The notes: generated from the letters alone by a model not told the origin. 63,862 nt of DNA, filler included, from 6 parts of 6 records of this genome joined end to end with filler, not necessarily neighbours in it, one strand, 5' to 3'; shown: positions 49,200-60,943, counted from the first letter of the whole stretch. Program-made: numbers and translations.

Positions 49200-50529
49200 T
49201 TTTTTATTCAAACAAATAGATAATACGGGTCTTGTCCTTTTTAGGGTGGTTTTTGGGCTGCTAATTGCAACCGAAGCAATTGGTGCTATTTTTACAGGAT
49301 GGGTGCGCCGTACATTGGTTGACACCCCTTTTACTTTCAATTTTATTGGATTCGATTTCCTACAGTATTTTCAAGGCCCAGCCATGTATTATTATTTTGC
49401 GATAATGGGCATCTTTGGCATTTTTGTGATGTTGGGGTACAAGTATCGTTTTAGTATGATTGCCTATGCAATTATGTGGACTGGCGTTTACTTAATGCAA
49501 AAATCGAGCTATAACAACCACTATTATTTAATGATGTTGCTTTGTTGGATTATGGTTTTTTTGCCCGCAAATAGATGGTTTTCATTAGATGTTAAAATAA
49601 AACCAGCATTAAAAACACCAGTAATGCCACGCTGGGTTTTGTTAGTGCTCATACTTCAAGTTTGGATTGTGTATACCTTTGCTTCAGTAGCAAAATTTTA
49701 TCCAGATTGGCTCGATGCTTCAATGCCTGCATTGTTAATGCGTAATAAAAGTGACTATTGGATTATTGGCGAACTCCTACAAAAAAACTGGGTGCATTGG
49801 GCAATTGCCTACACCGGTATTTTTTTCGATTTACTCATTGTGCCGTTGATGCTTTGGAAGCGAACAAGGCTTCTTGGTTTAATAATTTCGGTGTTTTTTC
49901 ATCTTTTTAATTCTATCGTTTTTCAAATAGGAATTTTCCCGTATATGTCCATTGCATTTGCATTGTTTTTCTTTACTCCAGAAATATTACAGAAACGATT
50001 TCTTCCGAAGAAAAAAATATACTTAGGTGATGAAGTTGTTATTCCAAATTATAAAAAACTCCTTGTTATAATATTCGGAATTTATTTCGCCTTTCAGATT
50101 GGCTTGCCATTGCGCCATTGGTTTTATAAAGACGATGTGCTTTGGACCGAGGAAGGTCATCGCTTAAGCTGGCGGATGATGCTTCGTTCAAAAAGCGGAA
50201 GCCTTGCAGTTTGGATAAAAGAAAGTGATTCTGAATACAAACAAAGGTATAATTTTAATAATCTTCTAGGAACTAAACAGCAATTTGCGGTTGCAACTAA
50301 ACCAGATTTAATGTGGCAGCTTGCACAAAAAATTAAGCAGATAGAAGCTGAAAAAGGTAAAGTCGTTGCTGTTTACATGGATTCTAAAGTTCGTGTTAAC
50401 GGTGGCGAATACCATCAATTTACAAATCCAGAAATTAATATTGCAGCTGAAAAATGGTATCATTTTAAGCATACGGAATGGATTTTACCTTCTCCGAAGG
50501 ATTATAATGAAAAGCCTATTAAAGAATAG
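49192..50529 (+). CDS. HTTM-domain membrane protein (vitamin K-dependent gamma-carboxylase-like)
   Basis: LVLFRVVFG, YNNHYYL, Y...SVAK.YPDWL, FHLFNS..FQIGIFPY, WTEEGHRLSWRMMLR. Confidence 0.85.
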   Translation: MNNFLFKQIDNTGLVLFRVVFGLLIATEAIGAIFTGWVRRTLVDTPFTFNFIGFDFLQYFQGPAMYYYFAIMGIFGIFVMLGYKYRFSMIAYAIMWTGVYLMQKSSYNNHYYLMMLLCWIMVFLPANRWFSLDVKIKPALKTPVMPRWVLLVLILQVWIVYTFASVAKFYPDWLDASMPALLMRNKSDYWIIGELLQKNWVHWAIAYTGIFFDLLIVPLMLWKRTRLLGLIISVFFHLFNSIVFQIGIFPYMSIAFALFFFTPEILQKRFLPKKKIYLGDEVVIPNYKKLLVIIFGIYFAFQIGLPLRHWFYKDDVLWTEEGHRLSWRMMLRSKSGSLAVWIKESDSEYKQRYNFNNLLGTKQQFAVATKPDLMWQLAQKIKQIEAEKGKVVAVYMDSKVRVNGGEYHQFTNPEINIAAEKWYHFKHTEWILPSPKDYNEKPIKE

Positions 50530-50570
50530 TGTGATTTTCCTAACTTTGCGCTTCAAAATATTATAGGAAA

Positions 50571-51842
50571 ATGCTACAAGTAACCGACATTCGCGAAAAC
50601 AAAGAAAAATATGTAAAAGCACTTGCCAAACGTGGTATTGATGCTGCTTCCGTTTTGGAAGAAATAGTAAGTGTTGATGAAGAACGTCGTGGTTCGCAAG
50701 CACAGTTAGATGAAGTTTTGGCGCAAAGCAATACCTATTCTAAAGAAATTGGAAAACTTTTTCAAAGTGGTGAAGCTCAAAAAGCAAACGAATTAAAAGA
50801 AAAAACAGTTGAATTGAAAGAAGCTTCAAAACAACTAAATGAACAAATGACAACTGCTGCTGAAAAATTGCAACAGTTGCTTTATACGCTTCCAAACATC
50901 CCGAATGATTTGGTGCCGGCTGGAACCGATGAAAATGATAATGAAGAAGTATATAAAGAAGGGGAAATTCCAAAGCTTGTTGAAGGCGCGCTTCCACATT
51001 GGGAACTTGCCAAAAAATACGATTTAATAGATTTTGAACTTGGTGTAAAAATTACAGGCGCAGGTTTTCCAGTTTATAAAGGGAAAGGCGCACGTTTGCA
51101 ACGTGCTTTAATTTCATATTTTCTTGATAAAAATATTGCTGCTGGGTATACGGAATATCAAGTTCCATTATTGGTAAACGAAGCTTCAGGCTATGGTACG
51201 GGGCAGTTGCCAGACAAGGAAGGGCAGATGTACCATGTAGGAGTTGATGATTTGTATTTAATTCCTACAGCGGAAGTCCCTGTAACAAATATGTTTCGTG
51301 GCAATTTGCTGAACCATATAGATTTACCAATAACCTGTACAGGTTACACGCCTTGTTTTCGTCGAGAGGCTGGAAGTTATGGCGCCCATGTTCGTGGCTT
51401 AAACCGTTTGCACCAATTTGATAAAGTAGAAATAGTTCGTGTTGAGCATCCTGATAATTCATACGCTGCATTGGATGGAATGGTGGAGCACGTAAAAGAT
51501 ATTCTTCGCGAATTGAAATTGCCCTATAGAATTCTTCGTCTTTGTGGTGGGGATCTTGGCTTTACAGCTGCATTAACCTACGATTTTGAAGTATTTTCTA
51601 CGGCTCAGGACCGTTGGCTGGAGATTTCTTCGGTTTCAAATTTTGAAACCTTTCAAGCAAACAGATTAAAACTTCGCTTTAAGGATACCGATGGAAAAAA
51701 CAAGCTTGCGCATACTTTAAATGGAAGTGCTCTGGCATTGCCCAGAGTCTTGGCAGGAATTCTTGAAAACTATCAAACAGAAGATGGAATTAAAGTTCCA
51801 GAAGTTTTGGTTCCCTATTGCGGGTTTGATTTTATAAAGTAA
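50571..51842 (+). CDS. serS: Seryl-tRNA synthetase
   Basis: N-terminal coiled coil, LIPTAEVP, FRREAGSYG, RLHQFDKVE, EISSVSN, HTLNGS; TAACTTTG promoter element at 50541. Confidence 0.97.
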   Translation: MLQVTDIRENKEKYVKALAKRGIDAASVLEEIVSVDEERRGSQAQLDEVLAQSNTYSKEIGKLFQSGEAQKANELKEKTVELKEASKQLNEQMTTAAEKLQQLLYTLPNIPNDLVPAGTDENDNEEVYKEGEIPKLVEGALPHWELAKKYDLIDFELGVKITGAGFPVYKGKGARLQRALISYFLDKNIAAGYTEYQVPLLVNEASGYGTGQLPDKEGQMYHVGVDDLYLIPTAEVPVTNMFRGNLLNHIDLPITCTGYTPCFRREAGSYGAHVRGLNRLHQFDKVEIVRVEHPDNSYAALDGMVEHVKDILRELKLPYRILRLCGGDLGFTAALTYDFEVFSTAQDRWLEISSVSNFETFQANRLKLRFKDTDGKNKLAHTLNGSALALPRVLAGILENYQTEDGIKVPEVLVPYCGFDFIK

Positions 51843-52190
51843 TTTTTTTACTGCGAATGCACAAAATAGTAGGCGATACTATTCTGCAATCGTGGTTTCT
51901 TTCTGCCTAAACCTTAGGTTTTCCAGGGTTTTCTAAAGTATTAATAAGGGTGAAAATTGTTTTCATTTTTTGTAAACTTTTCTGCTTTGTTAGCCCACTA
52001 AAAATTTTGTAAACTTCGAATTTACAGTCAGTTATAAATATTTTTTTATTTTTTTTTGTAAACAATTGAAAATCACGTGTTGAAAACTTTGTTAAAAACC
52101 TACCTCCAAAACACGTTAAATTTCCCTTAAATTTTTACATATTTGTTAGTCCCGAGTAACGACAAAAATTAATCTAAAAACAAAGGACAT

Positions 52191-53168
52191 ATGAGTGCAG
52201 TAGAACCAATTTTACAGGAAAACAAAAACAGATTCGTAATTTTTCCAATCCAACATCATGATATTTGGGAATGGTATAAAAAAAGTGAAGCTAGTTTTTG
52301 GACAGCTGAAGAAATTGATCTGCACCAAGATCTTTCCGATTGGACATCAAAATTAAATGATGACGAGCGCTATTTTATAAAGCATATTCTTGCATTCTTT
52401 GCTGCTTCTGATGGAATTGTAAACGAGAACCTTGCTGAAAACTTTGTCAACGAAGTTCAGTACAGCGAAGCAAAATTTTTTTACGGTTTCCAGATTATGA
52501 TGGAAAACATCCATAGTGAAACTTATTCGCTGTTGATTGATACCTATGTGAAGGACGAAAAGGAAAAAGACCAACTTTTTAATGCCATTGAAACCTTTCC
52601 GGCTATTAAGAAAAAAGCAGATTGGGCATTAAAATGGATCGAGAGCGATTCATTTGCAGAGCGTTTAATTGCATTTGCAGCGGTGGAAGGTATTTTCTTT
52701 TCTGGAGCTTTTTGTTCTATATTTTGGCTTAAAAAACGTGGATTGATGCCGGGGCTTACTTTTTCAAATGAATTGATTTCCAGAGATGAAGGCGTTCACT
52801 GCGATTTTGCTGTGCATCTCCATAACCACCATTTAAAAAATAAAGTTTCAAAAGAACGCATCCGCGAAATTATTGTGGACGCCTTGAACATTGAGCGCGA
52901 ATTTATAACCGAATCACTTCCTGCAAGTTTGATCGGGATGAACTCAAAATTAATGACGCAATACCTGGAGTTTGTAACCGATAGACTTTTGGTTGAGCTG
53001 GAATGTGAAAAAGAATACAACGTCACCAATCCGTTCGATTTTATGGATATGATCTCGCTTCAGGGGAAAACAAACTTCTTCGAAAAACGCGTTGGTGAGT
53101 ACCAAAAAGCTGGTGTGACCAATAAAGACAAGGAGTCCAATAAAATCAGTTTCGACGCAGATTTTTAG
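52191..53168 (+). CDS. nrdB: Class Ia ribonucleotide reductase beta subunit
   Basis: [28 protein letters not shown] (radical Tyr), [25 protein letters not shown]. Confidence 0.96.
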   Translation: MSAVEPILQENKNRFVIFPIQHHDIWEWYKKSEASFWTAEEIDLHQDLSDWTSKLNDDERYFIKHILAFFAASDGIVNENLAENFVNEVQYSEAKFFYGFQIMMENIHSETYSLLIDTYVKDEKEKDQLFNAIETFPAIKKKADWALKWIESDSFAERLIAFAAVEGIFFSGAFCSIFWLKKRGLMPGLTFSNELISRDEGVHCDFAVHLHNHHLKNKVSKERIREIIVDALNIEREFITESLPASLIGMNSKLMTQYLEFVTDRLLVELECEKEYNVTNPFDFMDMISLQGKTNFFEKRVGEYQKAGVTNKDKESNKISFDADF

Positions 53169-53317
53169 ATTGTTGATGCTAATGGATTCTGTGGAAACCA
53201 ATGAAACTAGCTTGCTAGTGTAAAAATCTTTACAATAATTCCACAGTAATATCAGCAATAACAGTATCAACAGCAACAATAGTAACAACAGCATCTAACC
53301 CCAAAAATTAAAAAATT

Positions 53318-55735
53318 ATGAATGTAGTAAAAAGAGACGGCCGGAAAGAGCCAATGATGTTCGATAAGATCACAGCGCGCGTACGTAAATTATGCTACGG
53401 CCTAAACGAATTGGTAGATCCCGTAAAGGTTGCCATGCGTGTTATTGAAGGGCTTTACGATGGCGTAACCACAAGCGAACTAGATAATCTAGCTGCTGAA
53501 ATTGCCGCAACCCTAACCACTTCGCACCCAGATTATGCCCGTTTGGCAGCGCGAATCTCTGTTTCTAACCTTCATAAAAATACCAAGAAATCCTTTTCTG
53601 AAGTAATGACGGATCTGTACGAATACGTAAATCCGCGTACAGGGAAAAAAGCACCCTTGTTGAGCGATGAAGTTTATGAAGTGATTAAAAATAATGCTGA
53701 GGAACTTGATTCAACAATTATTTACAATCGAGATTTTGGGTACGATTATTTCGGCTTTAAAACACTGGAGCGCTCGTACTTGCTAAAATTGAACGGGAAA
53801 ATTGCGGAACGGCCACAGCATATGTTGATGCGCGTTTCAGTAGGAATTCATATGGACGATTTGGCTTCTGTGAAGGAAACTTACGAGCTGATGTCGAAAA
53901 AATATTTTACACATGCAACGCCAACTCTTTTTAACAGTGGAACACCAAAACCACAAATGTCTTCCTGCTTTTTATTGGCAATGAAAGATGACAGTATTGA
54001 TGGTATATACGATACATTGAAGCAAACCGCAAAAATTTCACAGTCGGCAGGCGGAATTGGACTGTCAATCCACAATGTGCGTGCAACGGGATCATACATT
54101 TCTGGAACCAATGGAACCTCAAACGGAATTGTGCCTATGCTTCGCGTCTTTAACGATACCGCACGCTATGTAGATCAAGGTGGTGGAAAACGAAAAGGTT
54201 CTTTCGCAATGTATGTTGAACCATGGCATGCTGATATTTTCGACTTTTTAGATTTAAAGAAGAATCATGGAAAAGAGGAAATGCGCGCGCGTGATCTTTT
54301 TTACGCCATGTGGATTCCAGATTTGTTCATGGAGCGCGTACAGACTGATGCAGAATGGACGTTAATGTGCCCTAACGAATGCCCTGGCCTTTTTGAATGC
54401 CACAGCGAAGAGTTTGAAGCACTATACCATAAATATGAAGCAGAAAACAAAGGCAGAAAAACGGTAAAAGCGCGAGAGCTTTGGGAGAAAATATTAGAGT
54501 CACAAATTGAGACCGGAACTCCATATATGCTTTATAAGGATGCGGCAAACCGTAAGAGCAACCAAAAGAATTTGGGGACCATTCGTTCTTCAAATTTATG
54601 TACGGAAATTATGGAATACACTTCGCCAGATGAGGTTGCCGTTTGTAATTTGGCCTCTATTGCGTTGCCAATGTTTGTGAAAAATGGAGAATTTGACCAT
54701 AAAGAGCTTTATAGAGTAACTAAACGTGTTACAAAAAACCTTAACCGTGTAATTGATCGAAATTATTACCCAGTTATTGAAGCGCAAAACTCAAATTTCC
54801 GCCATCGTCCCGTTGGCCTGGGCATTCAAGGTTTGGCAGATGCCTTTATTATGCTTCGAATGCCTTTTACCAGTGATGAGGCTAAAAAGTTAAACCAAGA
54901 AATTTTCGAAACCCTTTATTTTGCCGCGGTTACCGCTTCTATGGAAGAATCGAAAGTGGATGGTGCCTATGAAAGCTATAAAGGCTCGCCAATTTCCGAA
55001 GGACTTTTTCAACATAATTTATGGGGAATAAAAGACGAAGAATTGAGCGGCCGTTGGGACTGGAAAAAACTACGTAAGGATGTGAAAAAACACGGCGTGC
55101 GAAACTCTCTTTTGGTGGCGCCAATGCCGACCGCTTCCACATCACAAATACTTGGAAACAACGAAGCTTTTGAGCCGTATACTTCAAATATTTATACCCG
55201 CCGCGTACTTTCGGGAGAGTTTATTGTAGTAAACCAACACCTTCTGAAAGATTTGGTTGAATTAGGACTTTGGAACGAAGATCTTAAAGAAGAGATTATG
55301 CGTGCCAATGGATCTGTTCAAGATGTGGAGGGTATTCCTCAGGAATTAAAAGAACTCTATAAAACGGTTTGGGAACTTTCAATGAAGGATATCATCGATA
55401 TGTCTCGCCACAGAGGGTATTTCATTGATCAAAGCCAGTCGCTGAACCTATTTATGGAAAATGCGAATATGGCGAAACTTACCTCTATGCATTTTTATGC
55501 ATGGAAGAGCGGACTTAAAACAGGGATGTACTATTTAAGAACGAAAAGTGCGGTTGATGCCATTAAATTTACCCTTAAGAAAGAAGAGAAAAAAGAACCG
55601 GTTGCTGCTGAAGAAATAACTGTGGCTGAAGCGCAAACTGCTTCCACAAAACCAATGACGCCACAAGAGCTTCGCGAAATGCTTGCACAGTCTAAAAATG
55701 CACCAGATGACGATTGTTTAATGTGCGGCTCTTAA
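53318..55735 (+). CDS. nrdA: Class Ia ribonucleotide reductase alpha subunit with ATP cone
   Basis: VVKRDG ATP cone, THATPT, SSCFL, SNLCTEI, VCNLAS, PTASTSQ, GMYYLR, C-terminal CLMC. Confidence 0.97.
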   Translation: MNVVKRDGRKEPMMFDKITARVRKLCYGLNELVDPVKVAMRVIEGLYDGVTTSELDNLAAEIAATLTTSHPDYARLAARISVSNLHKNTKKSFSEVMTDLYEYVNPRTGKKAPLLSDEVYEVIKNNAEELDSTIIYNRDFGYDYFGFKTLERSYLLKLNGKIAERPQHMLMRVSVGIHMDDLASVKETYELMSKKYFTHATPTLFNSGTPKPQMSSCFLLAMKDDSIDGIYDTLKQTAKISQSAGGIGLSIHNVRATGSYISGTNGTSNGIVPMLRVFNDTARYVDQGGGKRKGSFAMYVEPWHADIFDFLDLKKNHGKEEMRARDLFYAMWIPDLFMERVQTDAEWTLMCPNECPGLFECHSEEFEALYHKYEAENKGRKTVKARELWEKILESQIETGTPYMLYKDAANRKSNQKNLGTIRSSNLCTEIMEYTSPDEVAVCNLASIALPMFVKNGEFDHKELYRVTKRVTKNLNRVIDRNYYPVIEAQNSNFRHRPVGLGIQGLADAFIMLRMPFTSDEAKKLNQEIFETLYFAAVTASMEESKVDGAYESYKGSPISEGLFQHNLWGIKDEELSGRWDWKKLRKDVKKHGVRNSLLVAPMPTASTSQILGNNEAFEPYTSNIYTRRVLSGEFIVVNQHLLKDLVELGLWNEDLKEEIMRANGSVQDVEGIPQELKELYKTVWELSMKDIIDMSRHRGYFIDQSQSLNLFMENANMAKLTSMHFYAWKSGLKTGMYYLRTKSAVDAIKFTLKKEEKKEPVAAEEITVAEAQTASTKPMTPQELREMLAQSKNAPDDDCLMCGS

Positions 55736-55765
55736 AACAAATATTTTTGATCCCTAATTAGGATT

Positions 55766-55797
55766 AAAAAAAGCCCCAACTTAGCTAAGTTGGGGCT
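55766..55797 (+). terminator. Palindromic terminator after nrdA (at the contig end)
   Basis: A run followed by the perfect palindrome AGCCCCAACTTAGCTAAGTTGGGGCT. Confidence 0.7.
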
Positions 55798-55897
55798 NNN
55801 NNNNNNNNNNNNNNNNNNNNNNNNNNNNNNNNNNNNNNNNNTTAATTAATTAANNNNNNNNNNNNNNNNNNNNNNNNNNNNNNNNNNNNNNNNNNNN
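55798..55897. other. Artificial contig linker
   Basis: N44-TTAATTAATTAA-N44. Confidence 0.99.
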
Positions 55898-57402
55898 ACA
55901 ATGAGGTCTAAATCTCCATCATTATCCAAATCTCCATACGCCACTCCGTTTGACATACTCGGGCGGTAGAGTCCCCATTCTTTTGTGTCGTCTTTAAAAG
56001 TTAAATCTTGATTGTTTTTAAAAGCATAATTGGGTACTGGTTTAACAGGCATTTTGTCGATAATTGAATCGATAGCTTGTTTTTTGCCAGTTAACGCCAT
56101 TTTTTGGATGATTTCATTAGCAAAGAAGTTTACAAAATCGATATCTGTTAAGTCATGATTAATTCCGTTTGCTACATAAATATCTCGATATCCATCGTTA
56201 TCCATGTCAAATAATACACCACCCCAACTCCAATCTGTTTTTGCAATACCACTGAAATAAGCGGTTTCGGAAAAAGTTTCATTTCCATTATTTACCTGTA
56301 GGGTGTTTTGCATGAATTGTTGAGAGAAATCTTTACTTTGTTTCAGTTTAAAAATATCATATCCCTCAAATTCGGTTACAGTTTTTGTTCGCTCATCTCC
56401 TTCTGGGAGCATATCGGTAATAAAAATATCTGCAAGTCCGTCGTTATTAATATCCGACATATCCACTCCCATGGAAGAAAGACTTAAATGAGAAGTCCAG
56501 TTTTTTATTTCTTCCCTAAAAGTACCATCTTGATTGTTGATATATAGATAATCTCGTTCATAAAAATCGTTAGAGACATAAATATCAGGATAAGAATCTT
56601 GATTAATATCACTAACCATAACACCTAAACCAAAACCAATAAGACTTCCATAAATACCAGCTTCCTCACTTACATCTACAAATTTTCCGTCGTCATTTCT
56701 AAGAAGCATATCTCCAACGCCTTTAAAAATATCAGGGACTCCTTCCCAATCTTGAGCCCTTACTTTTCTTTGTGCAGCGTACCCGAGACTACTTACTGGA
56801 ATATTACTATTATTTAAGATATACGCATCAAGGTCGCCATCTTTATCGTAGTCAAAAAAAGCAGCATGGGTGGTAAAGCCGCTTCTTGCTAAATTATAAT
56901 CGTTTGCTTTCTCAGTAAAAGTTAAGTCGCCATTATTAATGTAGAGGTCATTATCATGGTTGTTTCCTTCCATGTTTCCAGCATTTGCAACATAAATATC
57001 CAATAATCCATCGCTATTTATATCCACCATAGTAACTCCAGTAGACCAAGGTTTATCACCACCTACACCTGCTTTGTCTGTAATATCTTCAAATTTAAAA
57101 TCTCCTTTATTAAGAAAAAGTTTGTTTTTCCCCATGTTAGCTGTTAAGTAGATATCGGGGAGATTATCGTTATTAATATCTCCAATGGCAACACCTCCGC
57201 CATTGTAAAAGTTTCGGTATTTAAAGATGTTAAAATCCTTCTGGTTTTCAATTTCATTTATAAAATCAATACCGCTTTCTTCATGAGATACAAGTGTAAA
57301 CAGCGTTTCTTTATCAGGTTCAATACGCTCTTTATTTTTATTCTTGGAGTTACAAGAAATAAATAAACTAAAAATGCAGTATGTAAAAATTATCTTTTTC
57401 AT
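55898..57402 (-). CDS. FG-GAP/VCBS-repeat lipoprotein (CRTAC1/ASPIC-UnbV type), 3' truncated
   Basis: Lipobox FISC; NGGGVAIGDINND; repeated DxxxDGxxD Ca-binding loops; SMGVD, DWSW. Confidence 0.9.
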
Positions 57403-60400
57403 GGAGTTATTATCTTTTCTAAAAAAATCGGATTACCATTATTTATAGTAACTATATAATAAGTTTTGTCTTGTATATTTATTTTGTTGATGTTCCTTGC
57501 AGGCCCTGGAATGTCAAACGTTGGATTTTCTAAAACCTTAAAAAAACCATTTTTGTTGTTTATTAATAACAAGCCGTGTAAAGCGTCTAATCTTCCTAAT
57601 TGTGTGCTTATTTCATAATTGTTTCCAACTAGTAAAATATCTTCATATCCATCATTATTAAAATCATCTTTTTGAAGATCGAAAATAGCAGAACTCTGCG
57701 CCATAAATGGTAAAATATGTTTGGTGTAATTTCCATTTCCATCGTTTTCAAAATAGCAAGAGGCGAGTTCAAAAACTGTTTTTTTATACGCTGCTTCTAG
57801 TTTTTCCTCTGGAAACAATTCAGAAAAAGAAGCGTTTGCAAAATCGGTATAGGAGAGGAATTTTTTATTTAACATTGGGATTTGCTTTACAATTTCGTCT
57901 TTTGAAGAAAAGGTAGTTTCTTCCCCTTTATAGAAATAAGTAACTATAGGTTCAATGTTTCCGTTATCGTCAAAATCGTTACTATATAGTGTAATAGGTT
58001 CTTCTTTTGAAGCTTTTAGGCGAGTATTAAGTCCCCAATTTCCAGCAATTAGATCCAAGTCTCCGTCTTTATCAAAATCGGCTACCTCTAAAGTATTCCA
58101 CCAACCATTGCTCTCTCCAAGATTATTTTTTTGAAGTTTTAGTTGTTTTCCATCATTAATAAAAATAGAAATCGGCATCCAGTGTCCAACCGTTATAAGA
58201 TCTAAGAAATTGTCTTTATTAATATCAATCCAAATAGCATCTTGAACATTTCCTATATTTTGAAAAGCTTTTGCATAGGAGGAGGAGATATCTTTAAAGC
58301 TTCCATTTCCATCATTTTGAAAAATATATTGCTTTGGTGTTTTTCCGAACGCTCTTGGAATACCGTTGGAGGTAATACAGATATCTAAATCGTTGTCATT
58401 ATCAATATCAACTGCGTTAACAGTTGAGGCATTTATAAAAATATTTTTAAACTGAAGTGTGTCTTTCATCATCAATCCATTTTGATTAAAATAGAGTCTA
58501 GGAGAAAGAGGGTTTCCAGTAATAAATTCGTTTCCTCCACTTACAACAATTAAGTCTTTATCGCCGTCATTATCGGCATCAAAAAATAAATTGTCAACAT
58601 CTTCATTGATGGCATTTTCTTCAAAAATATTTTTTTGAACTTCTTCAAAAGAGCCATCTTTTGTTTGCAAAAGCAAAGTAGAACTTTGTGTTTTAGCTCC
58701 TCCAATAAAAACATCATCTAAACCATCGTTATTAATATCTGCAATAGTAGTTTTAGGACCTTGATTGGTATTTGCAAAAGGAACAAGAGGATCTCTATTA
58801 AATTCAATAGAAGTAAAATCTTTATGTTTGAATGTAAGCGGTGCACTTACATTTTTTAAATAAGAATTTGTGTTTGTTGATTTGTAGGAATAATTCTCTT
58901 GTGCATTTTTATGAGAGGCCGTAATAGTAACGTTTACTTTAGGATGCGTTATTTTTTCCGACTTTCCATCCGCCCATATAATACGTATTGAATCTATTTC
59001 TGAATGTGTTCCTAATCCAAAGTGAAGTTCTGGAGCTACTGCCGACATAAATCCTCTTGTATTGAAATTTTCTGCTGATAGTTTTAAAGAATCTGAATAA
59101 ACAGTTGCTTTGGCTCCAATTCCAAATGTGTTTTTATCAGATCCTTTAAATTTAATTTTCAAATAATTTCTAGTGTCAAAATGTTCTTTCGTGTTGTTTT
59201 TTATAATAAAGGCTTTTTCGTTGGTATTGTTTACCACAAGGTCTAAATCGCCATCATTATCTAAATCGGCATACACGCCACCATTACTATAAGAAGGGGT
59301 TTCGGAAAGCCAATCCTTGGTTGCGTTTTTAAAAGTTTGATTTCCGTTATTCTTAAAGAAATAATTAGGAACATGCTTTTTTGGAATTTCATTTATAAAA
59401 GCCATGTCTTCTTTTTCCATGCCTTTACTAAGTCGTTTTTGGATATTTTCATTTGCTATAAAACTGATAAAATCCATATCGTTAGTAGCTCCTATAATTC
59501 CATTGGTAATATAAACGTCTTTATTTCCATCATTATCAAAATCGGCAATAAGTGGAGCCCAAGACCATTCTGTAGCTGATAATCCGCTTGCATAGGCAGT
59601 TTCTGTGAAATTTTCATTCCCATTATTTAGATGAAGCGCATTTTGCATAAATTGAGGTGCATATCCATTTTTAAGATATCCGCTATAAGTTTGGAAATTA
59701 TATTCGGTTCCAGAGGTTTTAAAACTCTTCAATTCTTCTGGAAGCATATCTACAGAAATAATATCCGCATTTCCATCATTATTGATATCGGCAATATCAT
59801 TTCCCATGGAAAAATGACTCGTATGCCCTAATTTTGTTTCATCTTCAGCAATCAAATCTTTAAAAGTTCCATTTTTTTGATTGAGATATAAATAATCGTT
59901 TTCAAAAAAATCATTCCCCACATATATATCTGGATAACCGTCATTATTTATATCTGAAATAGAAATGCCCAGCCCGTAACCTATACTTCCTTGGTAAATA
60001 CCAGCTTCTTTAGAAACGTCTTTATAAAATCCATTTTCGTTTCTGTAAAGCCTGTCTCCCGATAAAGAGTCCACCGTATTTCTTTTTTTGCCACTTCCAT
60101 ACGTTCTGTTTGGATGCACCGAATGGTTAAGTAAGTACATATCTAAATCGCCATCCAAATCATAATCAAAGAAAGTTGTCTGAGTTGCATAAGAAGAAAT
60201 TGCCAAGCCGTATTTTTTAGCTTCCTCTTTAAAAGTTGGAACGCCATTTTTATCAACCCCTTGATTAATGTATAGGAGATTATGACTTTTATTGGAGAGT
60301 TCCCCTACTTTAGAAATGTAAATATCTAGCCATCCATCGTTATTTATGTCTACCGTTGTAACACCGGTTGTCCAATTTTTTGCATTATCAATTCTCGCTA

Positions 60401-60695
60401 GTTCTGTAATATCTTCAAATTGAAAATTTTGTTTATTGAGATACAGTTTATCATTAGTTTGATTGGCTGTAAAATAAAGGTCAAGCCAACCATCGTTATT
60501 AAAATCTCCAGTTGCAACCCCAGCGCCATTGTAAAAATAGAGGTAGTTAAGAATGTTAAGATCTGGTGTATTTGTTAATTGGTTATTAAAATTAATGGTA
60601 GTTTTTGAAGGATTTATAAACGTAAAAAGTTTCTCTTCCTTATTGCAAGAAAATAAAATAGATGCAATTAGAAATAGTAAAAACTTTTTTATCAT
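57399..60695 (-). CDS. FG-GAP/VCBS-repeat lipoprotein with ASPIC/UnbV domain
   Basis: Lipobox LFSC; more than ten DxDxDGxxD repeats; ASPIC/UnbV segment RGFMS...LHFGLG...IDSIRIIW.DG. Confidence 0.92.
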   Translation of the reverse strand: MIKKFLLFLIASILFSCNKEEKLFTFINPSKTTINFNNQLTNTPDLNILNYLYFYNGAGVATGDFNNDGWLDLYFTANQTNDKLYLNKQNFQFEDITELARIDNAKNWTTGVTTVDINNDGWLDIYISKVGELSNKSHNLLYINQGVDKNGVPTFKEEAKKYGLAISSYATQTTFFDYDLDGDLDMYLLNHSVHPNRTYGSGKKRNTVDSLSGDRLYRNENGFYKDVSKEAGIYQGSIGYGLGISISDINNDGYPDIYVGNDFFENDYLYLNQKNGTFKDLIAEDETKLGHTSHFSMGNDIADINNDGNADIISVDMLPEELKSFKTSGTEYNFQTYSGYLKNGYAPQFMQNALHLNNGNENFTETAYASGLSATEWSWAPLIADFDNDGNKDVYITNGIIGATNDMDFISFIANENIQKRLSKGMEKEDMAFINEIPKKHVPNYFFKNNGNQTFKNATKDWLSETPSYSNGGVYADLDNDGDLDLVVNNTNEKAFIIKNNTKEHFDTRNYLKIKFKGSDKNTFGIGAKATVYSDSLKLSAENFNTRGFMSAVAPELHFGLGTHSEIDSIRIIWADGKSEKITHPKVNVTITASHKNAQENYSYKSTNTNSYLKNVSAPLTFKHKDFTSIEFNRDPLVPFANTNQGPKTTIADINNDGLDDVFIGGAKTQSSTLLLQTKDGSFEEVQKNIFEENAINEDVDNLFFDADNDGDKDLIVVSGGNEFITGNPLSPRLYFNQNGLMMKDTLQFKNIFINASTVNAVDIDNDNDLDICITSNGIPRAFGKTPKQYIFQNDGNGSFKDISSSYAKAFQNIGNVQDAIWIDINKDNFLDLITVGHWMPISIFINDGKQLKLQKNNLGESNGWWNTLEVADFDKDGDLDLIAGNWGLNTRLKASKEEPITLYSNDFDDNGNIEPIVTYFYKGEETTFSSKDEIVKQIPMLNKKFLSYTDFANASFSELFPEEKLEAAYKKTVFELASCYFENDGNGNYTKHILPFMAQSSAIFDLQKDDFNNDGYEDILLVGNNYEISTQLGRLDALHGLLLINNKNGFFKVLENPTFDIPGPARNINKINIQDKTYYIVTINNGNPIFLEKIITP

Positions 60696-60912
60696 AATTA
60701 TATAGTCGTTTTTTAAATCCTTCGTGGGTTTATCCCAAGGTAGTTAATTTGTTTTTAGTTATTGCCTTACTCAATAATCGAGATTTAAATATTTCAAAGC
60801 CTGTCCTGATTTTGCCAGAGAATTTGCATTGAAATGTTCTAACTTTTTTATACTATCTCGTTGACTAGTCCATCTAACTTTGATTAGACAAGCTCCGAGA
60901 AAGTTTTACATT

Positions 60913-60943
60913 AAAAAAAGCTAACTTGAAAGCTAGCTTTTTT
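60913..60943. terminator. Bidirectional terminator-like hairpin
   Basis: AAAAAAAGCTAACT-TGAA-AGCTAGCTTTTTT. Confidence 0.55.

Noticed and set aside
52950-53294. Minus-strand ORF starting with poly-Leu (signal-peptide-like)
   Set aside because: By-product of the CAA/CAG-rich tract; the rest is antisense to nrdB.
52191-55735. Eukaryote-like sequence of NrdA/NrdB as a sign of recent HGT or a viral origin
   Set aside because: This class Ia subtype is known from Flavobacteriia; context and codon usage are native.
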